From contig JADGGV010000003.1 in the NCBI GenBank assembly GCA_019689775.1, positions 1 through 35,301 of the forward strand: 35,301 nt of DNA, given 5' to 3'. Position numbers and translations under genes: made by a program. This stretch comes from Gemmatimonadota bacterium (lineage in GTDB: Bacteria > Gemmatimonadota > Gemmatimonadetes > Longimicrobiales > RSA9). Within the stretch, counting starts at the first letter, position 1. Each line of letters opens with the position of its first letter. Below are positions 28,403 to 35,301 of this stretch, piece after piece. The notes beneath the pieces are model-generated. The model saw nothing but the letters and a program-made list of their open reading frames with translations. It searched no databases and was not told the origin of the DNA.

Positions 28403-28896
28403 TGCGAGGCCGGGTCTTCGGGGTCCCAGAGCGCCGCGAGCGGATGATCCTGCGCCATCAGCCGGTCGAGGTCGTAGATGAAGCGCTCGCGCGTGAATTC
28501 GGAGTTCTCGTAGTCCTGCCCCACGTGGATCGCCTCGACGGGGCAGACCTCCTGGCACATGCCGCAGAAGATGCAGCGGAACTCGTCGATCTCGTAGACG
28601 ATCGGATAGCGGTTCCCCTGATCGTCCTCACCCGGCACGAGTCGGATGCAGTTCGACGGGCAGATCGTCGGGCACAGCCCGCACGCGACGCACTTCGGCC
28701 GCCCGTCCGCGTGCACCGCCATGCGGTGCGTGCCGCGCCAGCGCGGCGCCAGCTCCGGCTTCACCTCCGGATACTGGAGCGTGACCTTCTGCGGCCGCAC
28801 CAGGTGCCGGAACGTCAGCGCCATCCCCTTGAGCGTCGCTCGCAGGTAGGACGTCGTCCCGACGGGCCGCTTCATGACCTTCACGCCGATGGCCAT
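28399..28896 (-). CDS. nuoI: NADH-quinone oxidoreductase subunit I
   Basis: TLQYPE; two ferredoxin motifs, CVACGLCPTICP and CIFCGMCQEVCP. Confidence 0.96.
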   Translation of the reverse strand: MAIGVKVMKRPVGTTSYLRATLKGMALTFRHLVRPQKVTLQYPEVKPELAPRWRGTHRMAVHADGRPKCVACGLCPTICPSNCIRLVPGEDDQGNRYPIVYEIDEFRCIFCGMCQEVCPVEAIHVGQDYENSEFTRERFIYDLDRLMAQDHPLAALWDPEDPASQ

Positions 28897-28917
28897 CGGC
28901 CGTTCGCCTCCAGAGTG

Positions 28918-30240
28918 TCAGTCCCTGATGCCGGCGGGCTCCGGCTCCTCGACGGCGACGGGCATCGCCAGGCGCGCATCCACCCGCCGCCGCCGCCGAT
29001 CGTGCGCCGACGCGCCCGAGATCACGCGGTCGCGGTCGATGACCATGAAGAAGATCGCGGCGACGACCGCGTTCACCACGGTCAGGATCAGGCCGAACCC
29101 CAGACCGTATGGGATGCCGAGGGCGTCCAGCACGAGGATCGTCGTGCCCGTGACCACGATGAAGACGAGCGCGGTCGGCAGCATCACCTTCCAGCCGAGG
29201 TGCATCACCTGGTCGTAGCGGAAGCGCGGCACGGTCCAGCGCACCCACATGTAGAGCAGGATGAAGAAGCCGGTCTTCGTGGCGAAGGCGCCGAACGTCA
29301 GCAGCGTCTTCCACCAGGCAGGCTCCGCGCCGGCGACGACGCCGGGCGCGATCATGATCATATTGTCGCCCTGCCAGATCGGAATGTCCCAACCACCGAG
29401 GAACAGCGTCGCCATCACCGCCGACGCCGTCAGCATGTTCGAGTACTCACCGATGAAGAAGAGCGAGAACTTCATCGACGAGTACTCGGTGTGGTAGCCG
29501 GTGATGAGCTCCGATTCGGCCTCAGGCAGGTCGAACGGGAGGCGGTTCGTCTCCGCGAAGGCGGACACGACGAACAGGAAGAACGCGAGGCCGAGCGGCA
29601 GCGCGTACCAGAGGTGCATCGTCTGCTGGGCCCAGACGACCTGGGTCAGCGTCACGTTGCCGGCCAGCATGAACACCGGGATGAGGCTCATCCCGAGCGC
29701 GACCTCGTAGCTGACCATCTGCGCGCTCGCGCGCAGCCCGCCGAGGAACGCGTACTTGTTGTTCGACGCCCAGCCCGCCATCACGATCCCGTACACGCCC
29801 AGGCTGGTCAGCGCCAGGATGTAGAGGATGCCGATCGGCAGGTCCGCCACGACCATGTTGACGACGCCGACGCCCGGGATCGGCAGCGGCGACGCGAACG
29901 GAATGACGGCGAACGTCATCAGCGCCGGGATGCCCGTGAGCATCGGCGCCAGGATGTAGTAGATGTTCGCCGCCTTGGCCGGGTACATCTCCTCCTTGAC
30001 GAGATTCTTGAGCCCGTCCGCGAGCGGCTGGAGGATCCCCCGCGGCCCGACCCGGTTCGGCCCCAGGCGGTCCTGGATCCACGCCGAGATCCAACGTTCG
30101 AGCAGCGTCAGGTAGGCGACCACCACCATGACGCCCGTGAAGACCACGACCACCTTGATCACGGACGCGATCAGGAACGCCGTGTTCGAGAGCGGCTGCA
30201 CCTGGTGCAGCGGCACGTTCGTCGCCGGGAACTGGATCAT
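28918..30240 (-). CDS. nuoH: NADH-quinone oxidoreductase subunit H
   Basis: ERWISAWIQDRLGPNRVG, QPLADGLK, AQMVSYE, AETNRLPFDLPEAESEL, PRFRYDQ. Confidence 0.96.
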   Translation of the reverse strand: MIQFPATNVPLHQVQPLSNTAFLIASVIKVVVVFTGVMVVVAYLTLLERWISAWIQDRLGPNRVGPRGILQPLADGLKNLVKEEMYPAKAANIYYILAPMLTGIPALMTFAVIPFASPLPIPGVGVVNMVVADLPIGILYILALTSLGVYGIVMAGWASNNKYAFLGGLRASAQMVSYEVALGMSLIPVFMLAGNVTLTQVVWAQQTMHLWYALPLGLAFFLFVVSAFAETNRLPFDLPEAESELITGYHTEYSSMKFSLFFIGEYSNMLTASAVMATLFLGGWDIPIWQGDNMIMIAPGVVAGAEPAWWKTLLTFGAFATKTGFFILLYMWVRWTVPRFRYDQVMHLGWKVMLPTALVFIVVTGTTILVLDALGIPYGLGFGLILTVVNAVVAAIFFMVIDRDRVISGASAHDRRRRRVDARLAMPVAVEEPEPAGIRD

Positions 30241-31976
30241 GCGCCCTCCGCCGCGCCGGCGCCGAGCTGGACCGGCTCGTTCAGGAGCGCGCCGCGCCCG
30301 CCGATCACCTCGTAGCTGAGCCCGCCGAACGCCTCGTACAGCTCGGCGGCACGCAGGAACGCCGAGGCGGCGTCGGCCGGCGCGGGCCCGTCATCCAGGC
30401 CGGCCAGCACGACGCCGAGCACCTGCCACGCCGGCCGCGCGAGCGGCGGCGGCTCGAGCGCCGGCCAGAAGCGCTGGACGCGCCCCTCGAAGTTCGTGAA
30501 CGTCCCCTCCTGCTCGACGAAGTTCGTCACCGGGAGGATGAAGTCGGCGTTCCGGACCGCGGGCCCCGGTTCCGAGCCGAGGTAGACGAAGAGCGCTGCG
30601 TCGGCGCCGAACGTCTCCGGCACATCCGCCAGCGCATCGCCGAGCACGAGGATGATCTTGCCGGCGGTCGTGAGCTCGTCGAGCCCGCCCGCCCCGGCGT
30701 CGTCGCCGACGCGGCGGAAGCCGACGGCGCGCAGCCCGCGCCCGTTCGCCGCCAGCTCACGGCGACGCGCCAGCTTCGGGAAGCCGGGGCAGACGACCTC
30801 GCTCGGCGCCGTGCGCACGCGGAAGACGGCGTCGCCGCCGCCGAGCACCTGCGCGAGCCGGTGGAGGAGCGCCACGTCCTCGTTCGCGTGGGCCGGCGAG
30901 GCGACGGCGAGCACGCCGTTCTCGCCGCGCAGCCCGCCGAGCCGCTGGACGAGCGCGACCACGGCATCGTGCCACGTCGCCGCCTGGAGGCGCCCCTGCG
31001 CGTCGCGCACCATCGGCCGCTCGCACCGCCCGGTCGGGTTCGGCCCGCCGCCGATCGTGTCGGCCATGCCGATCGTGCCCGTGGGCACGTTGGCGCGGTT
31101 GTACCACTCGTACTCGAGCCGCCCCTCCTCGCACATCCAGTAGGAGTTGACCTCGGGGTTCGGCCGCGGCCGCAGCCGCATGATCAGGTTGTCGCGGCTG
31201 TCGACGTAGACGTTGCACCCCTGCGAGCAGTTCGGGCAGATCGACGGGCTGCGGTCGAGGTCCCAGGCCCGCGCCTTGTGCAGGAAATCCTTCGACAGGA
31301 GCGCGCCGACCGGGCAGATGTCAATGATGTTCCCTGCCCAGAGGTCACCGTCCAGGCCCTCGTCGAAGAACGTGTCGATCACGGACCGGTTGCCGCGCTG
31401 CACCACGCACAGCGCGTCGTTGCCGGCGATCTCGCGCATGAAGCGCACGCAGCGGGTGCACATGATGCACCGGTCGCCCTCGTAGAGGACGTCGCCGCCG
31501 AAGTCGTCCTGGTTGAGCACCCGCTTGGGCTCGACGACCCGGCCGTGCTTGCGCCCCTCCGCGTGCGTGTAGTCTTGCAGCTTGCACTCGCCGGCCTTGT
31601 CGCAGATCGGGCAGTCGAGCGGATGGTTCAGCAGGTAGAACTCGAGGTTCCCCTCCCGCGCCGCCCGCGCCTTGGCCGACTCCGTGAGGATGCTCTGCCC
31701 CTCGCCGACCACCGTCACGCACGCCGGCTGGAGCTTGGGCGCACCCTCGATCTCGACCAGGCACATCCGGCACATGGCCGGCGCCGAGAGGCCCGGGTGG
31801 TAGCAGTAGTAGGGGATCCCGATGCCGGCCGCCTCCGCCGCCTCGATGATCCGCGTCCCCTTGGGGACGCTCACCGCCACGCCGTTGATCGTGCAGTTCA
31901 CCAGGTCCTGCGGCGGCGGCGCCGCGGCCCCGGCGGCATCGCTCCCGGCGGACGTCCCCTGTCCCGTGATCGCCAT
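30237..31976 (-). CDS. nuoG: NADH-quinone oxidoreductase subunit G (short form, 579 aa)
   Basis: CYHPGL...CRMC (N1b), HPLDCPICDKAGEC (N5), CIMCTRC...CPVGAL (N4), CPNCSQGC...MCEEG (N7), EQEGTFTNFEGRVQ. Confidence 0.93.
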   Translation of the reverse strand: MAITGQGTSAGSDAAGAAAPPPQDLVNCTINGVAVSVPKGTRIIEAAEAAGIGIPYYCYHPGLSAPAMCRMCLVEIEGAPKLQPACVTVVGEGQSILTESAKARAAREGNLEFYLLNHPLDCPICDKAGECKLQDYTHAEGRKHGRVVEPKRVLNQDDFGGDVLYEGDRCIMCTRCVRFMREIAGNDALCVVQRGNRSVIDTFFDEGLDGDLWAGNIIDICPVGALLSKDFLHKARAWDLDRSPSICPNCSQGCNVYVDSRDNLIMRLRPRPNPEVNSYWMCEEGRLEYEWYNRANVPTGTIGMADTIGGGPNPTGRCERPMVRDAQGRLQAATWHDAVVALVQRLGGLRGENGVLAVASPAHANEDVALLHRLAQVLGGGDAVFRVRTAPSEVVCPGFPKLARRRELAANGRGLRAVGFRRVGDDAGAGGLDELTTAGKIILVLGDALADVPETFGADAALFVYLGSEPGPAVRNADFILPVTNFVEQEGTFTNFEGRVQRFWPALEPPPLARPAWQVLGVVLAGLDDGPAPADAASAFLRAAELYEAFGGLSYEVIGGRGALLNEPVQLGAGAAEGA

Positions 31977-31989
31977 CGCGCAAACTCCC

Positions 31990-33291
31990 TCAGGCCACTG
32001 CCGCCGCGGCCACCGGGCAGGCGCCGTGGTGGATGTGGCCCAGGTAGTCGTCCTTGAACTTCTTCAGCGAGCTCATCACCGGAGCCGCACAGGAATCGCT
32101 GAGCACGCAGATCGTCGTGCCGGTCATGTTCGTCGACAGATCCACGAGCTTCTCGAGGTCGGCCTCCGTCCCGAGCCCCGCCTCGATGCGCCGCATGATC
32201 TTCGCGACCCACGCCGTCCCCTCGCGGCACGGCGTGCACTGGCCGCACGACTCATGGGCGTAGAACTCCACCATGCGCCGGACCTGCTTGACCATGCAGG
32301 TGCGGTCGTCCATGACGATGACCGAGGCGGTGCCGAGCATGCTCCCGGCGGCGATGACGCTCTCGTAATCCAGGTTGATGTCGCACTCCTCGGCGGCCAG
32401 GATCGGGACCGAGCTGCCGCCTGGGATCACGGCCTTCAGCTTGCGACCGTCGCGGATGCCGCCGCAGACGTCGTACAGCAGCTCGTGCATCGGGAAGCCG
32501 AGCGGGAACTCGTAGTTGCCGCGCCGCACCACGTGCCCCGAGACGTTGAAGAGCTTCGTGCCCGGGCTCTTCTCCGTGCCGAAGCCCCGGTACCAGGCGG
32601 CCCCCTTGTTGATGATGTGCGGGACCGCGCACAGCGTCTCGACGTTGTTGATCGTCGTCGGCCGGCCGAAGGCGCCCGAGACCGCCGGGAAGGGCGGCTT
32701 GACCCGCGGCTGCCCGCGGCGCCCCTCCAGCGAGTTCATCAGCGCCGTCTCCTCGCCGCAGATGTAGGCGCCCGCCCCAAGGTGCAGCGTGACGTCGATG
32801 TCGATCCCCGTGCCGAGGATGTTCTTCCCGGCCAGCCCGTTCTGGTACGCCTCCTCGATCGCGCGCGCCACCACCTGGGCGGGCTCGAAGAACTCGCCGC
32901 GCACGTAGATGTAGACGTGATCGGCCTGGATGGCGTACGCGCCGATCAGCGCGCCCTCGATGAGCTGGTGCGGCGTCCAGCGGATCAGCTCCCGGTCCTT
33001 GAACGCGCCCGGCTCGGATTCGTCGGAGTTGACCAGCAGGTAGCTCGGGCCCGTCTTCTCCTTCGGCATGAACGACCACTTCACGCCGGTCGGGAAGCCC
33101 GCCCCGCCGCGCCCGCGCAGCCCGCTCGCCTTGACCTCCTCGATGACCGCGTCGCGACCCATCTCAATGGCCTTGCGCAGCGCCTGGTAGCCGCCGCGCT
33201 TCTTCCAGCCGTCGAGCGTCCGGGCCTCCGGATCTCCGAAGTACTCGGAGAGGATCCGCGTCTCCTTCTCGTGCCGGAACGGATACGCCAT
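31990..33291 (-). CDS. nuoF: NADH-quinone oxidoreductase subunit F
   Basis: ATG 33291. SGLRGRGGAGFPTG, NSDESEPG, GAGAYICGEETAL, ESCGQCTPCREG. Confidence 0.97.
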   Translation of the reverse strand: MAYPFRHEKETRILSEYFGDPEARTLDGWKKRGGYQALRKAIEMGRDAVIEEVKASGLRGRGGAGFPTGVKWSFMPKEKTGPSYLLVNSDESEPGAFKDRELIRWTPHQLIEGALIGAYAIQADHVYIYVRGEFFEPAQVVARAIEEAYQNGLAGKNILGTGIDIDVTLHLGAGAYICGEETALMNSLEGRRGQPRVKPPFPAVSGAFGRPTTINNVETLCAVPHIINKGAAWYRGFGTEKSPGTKLFNVSGHVVRRGNYEFPLGFPMHELLYDVCGGIRDGRKLKAVIPGGSSVPILAAEECDINLDYESVIAAGSMLGTASVIVMDDRTCMVKQVRRMVEFYAHESCGQCTPCREGTAWVAKIMRRIEAGLGTEADLEKLVDLSTNMTGTTICVLSDSCAAPVMSSLKKFKDDYLGHIHHGACPVAAAAVA

Positions 33292-33295
33292 GTCT

Positions 33296-34132
33296 CTACG
33301 CCTCGTCCGCCGGAGCGCCGGACGACGAGCCGGCGCCCGCACGCCGCGGCGCCCCGCCCGCCGTGCTCGCGCCGGCCCCCGCGCCCGACCCGTCGGCCGC
33401 GTCGGAGGAGTCCTCCCCCGCGACCAGCCCGGCGACGATGGCCGGCACGTCCTCCGGCGTCACGTTCTCGAAGTAGCGGCTGTTGATCTGCACGGCCACG
33501 GGGAAGCCGCACGCGCCCAGGCACTCCACCTCCATCACGGTGAAGTTGCCATCGGGGGTCGTGACCCCGGGCTCGACGTCGAGGTGCTCGAGGAACGCCT
33601 GAAGCACCTCGTCGCCCCCGCACAGGTTGCACGCGACGTTCGTGCAGACCTGCACCAGGTACCGACCCACCGGCTGTCGGTTGTACATGGTGTAGAACGT
33701 CGCGACGCCGCGCACGTACGCCGGCGACAGCCCGAGGATCTCGGCGACGCGCGCCATCGCGTCCGGGCCCACGTAGCCGCGGACCTCCTCCGCCAGGTTC
33801 AGCAGCGGGAGCAGCGCGCCCCGCTTGTCCGGGTAGCGCGCGATGATCTTCTCCGCCCGCTCGGCGTACGGCCCCTCGAACAGCGGCGCGTCCGGCTCCT
33901 TCGCGGCGAGCTGATAGGGCATCGAGCAGACCGCGCCCCCGACGCCCCCGTCCAACGGGCGCCGTCCCACGTAGCTGTCGCCCCGGATGTCCGCCTCGCT
34001 CAGGTGACTGAAGTCGCCGCGCTCGCCGGCCCAGCCGGGATTCCCACCCACGAGCGGCGTGCGCGTCGGGCCGGTCGCGCCGGCCGCCGGCGCACCGCCG
34101 ATCACCTCACCGGTCGGCAGCTCGGCGCTCAT
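33296..34132 (-). CDS. nuoE: NADH-quinone oxidoreductase subunit E, with N- and C-terminal extensions
   Basis: ATG 34132 (ATGA overlap with nuoD). GVATFYTMY, VCTNVAC, ECLGAC ([2Fe-2S] N1a). Confidence 0.92.
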   Translation of the reverse strand: MSAELPTGEVIGGAPAAGATGPTRTPLVGGNPGWAGERGDFSHLSEADIRGDSYVGRRPLDGGVGGAVCSMPYQLAAKEPDAPLFEGPYAERAEKIIARYPDKRGALLPLLNLAEEVRGYVGPDAMARVAEILGLSPAYVRGVATFYTMYNRQPVGRYLVQVCTNVACNLCGGDEVLQAFLEHLDVEPGVTTPDGNFTVMEVECLGACGFPVAVQINSRYFENVTPEDVPAIVAGLVAGEDSSDAADGSGAGAGASTAGGAPRRAGAGSSSGAPADEA

Positions 34133-35301
34133 CGGTCGATCTCCCCGAGCACGATGTCCAGGCTCGCGTTCACCGCGATCACGTCCGAGAGCAGGTAGCC
34201 CTCGACCAGCTTCGGCAGCGCCGAGATGTTGACGAAGCTCGGGCCGCGCACCCGCCAACGGACCGGCTTCGAGCCGCCGTCGCTGACGACGTACATGCCA
34301 AGCTCGCCCTTCGAGCTCTCCACGCTGAACCAGCTCTCGCCGCGCGGCGCTCGCACGCCGTCCATGACGACCTTGAAGTGATGGATCATCGACTCCATGT
34401 CCGTCATGGCGTCGCCCTTCCCCGGCAGGATCACCCGCGGGTCGTCCACGTTGATCGGACCGCCGGGCAGGCGGTCGAGCGCCTGCTGGAGGATCCGCAC
34501 GCTCTGCCGCATCTCCTCCATGCGGCACATGTAGCGGTCGTAGTTGTCGCCGTGCTCGCCGACCGGCACGTCGAAGTCGTACGTGTCGTAGTCGTAGTAC
34601 GGCCGGTCCTTGCGGACGTCGTACGGCACGCCCGACGCGCGCAGGTTCGGGCCGGTCAGCCCGTAGTTGATCGCGTCCTCCGGGCCGATCACGCCGACGT
34701 CCCGGTTCCGCCCGATCCACAGATTGTTGTTGCTCAGCAGCGTCTCGACCTCGTCCAGCGTGCGCGGGAACGTGTCGAGGAAGTGCTGGAGCGCGCCCGT
34801 CCACCCCGGCGGCAGGTCCGCCAGCATCCCGCCGATCCGCGTCGCCGACGTCGTAATGCGCGCCCCCGTCAGCGCCTCGTGCAGATCGTAGATCCGCTCG
34901 CGCTCCTGGAACGTGTACAGGAAGACCGTGAAGGCGCCGATGTCGATCGCCGTCGTGCCGATCCAGATCAGATGGCTGAAGATCCGGTCGAGCTCCATGC
35001 AGATCACCCGCACGACCTTGCAGCGCTCGGTGACCTCGATCCCCATCAGCTTCTCGACCGCCATGGCGTACGCGCAGTTGTAGATCAGCGGCGCCAGGTA
35101 GTCCATCCGGTCCGTGAGCGGGATGATCTGGTTCCAGGTCCGGTACTCGCCGAGCTTCTCGAAGCTCGAGTGCAGGTAGCCGATGTGCGGCGTGCACTTG
35201 ACCACCGTCTCGCCATCCAGCTCGAGCACCAGCCGGAGCACGCCGTGCGTCGCCGGGTGCTGCGGGCCGATGTTGATCAGCATGTGCTCGCCGTGCAGCT
35301 C
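34129..35301 (-). CDS. nuoD: NADH-quinone oxidoreductase subunit D, 5' end outside the window
   Basis: The frame stays open to the window edge (ELHGEHM...). NIGPQHPATHGVLR, DRMDYL, SKGELG, DIVLGEIDR. Confidence 0.96.
   Translation of the reverse strand, partial: ELHGEHMLINIGPQHPATHGVLRLVLELDGETVVKCTPHIGYLHSSFEKLGEYRTWNQIIPLTDRMDYLAPLIYNCAYAMAVEKLMGIEVTERCKVVRVICMELDRIFSHLIWIGTTAIDIGAFTVFLYTFQERERIYDLHEALTGARITTSATRIGGMLADLPPGWTGALQHFLDTFPRTLDEVETLLSNNNLWIGRNRDVGVIGPEDAINYGLTGPNLRASGVPYDVRKDRPYYDYDTYDFDVPVGEHGDNYDRYMCRMEEMRQSVRILQQALDRLPGGPINVDDPRVILPGKGDAMTDMESMIHHFKVVMDGVRAPRGESWFSVESSKGELGMYVVSDGGSKPVRWRVRGPSFVNISALPKLVEGYLLSDVIAVNASLDIVLGEIDR

Noticed and set aside
33296-35197. Apparent 633-aa giant NuoE or NuoD-NuoE fusion
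   Set aside because: The upstream part is an off-frame reading of nuoD. The real nuoE begins at the ATGA overlap at 34132.

Overview
This is a very GC-rich window in which all 34 credible genes lie on the minus strand. Reading right to left, it holds nuoD(partial)-E-F-G-H-I-J-K-L-M-N (complex I), then a phosphomannomutase/phosphoglucomutase, a UPF0182 membrane protein, a carbamate kinase, sucC, sucD, a PTS-EIIA/CBS fusion and ndk. Next come yceD-rpmF-plsX-fabH-fabD-fabG-acpP-fabF, then mqnE-mqnC-ispF-dedA-xerD, then a trpG/pabA-type amidotransferase and a predicted outer-membrane protein with bactofilin-like repeats, and finally kdsB (partial). It is core chromosome of a diderm, LPS-making bacterium that uses the futalosine menaquinone route. 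The gene order and GC content suggest Gemmatimonadota, but that is an inference. I saw no mobile element, CRISPR array, tRNA or rRNA. Six sigma70-like promoters split the region into plausible transcription units. The best candidates for undescribed biology are (i) the arcC-sucC-sucD-[EIIA-CBS]-ndk phosphotransfer/energy cluster, (ii) the bactofilin-like/beta-barrel fusion, (iii) a CX5CX2C radical-SAM motif in MqnE and a CPCC tail on MqnC, (iv) probable non-canonical start codons in dedA and arcC, and (v) two genes whose TAG stop is the -10 box of the next promoter. All product calls come from motif recognition, with no database search.
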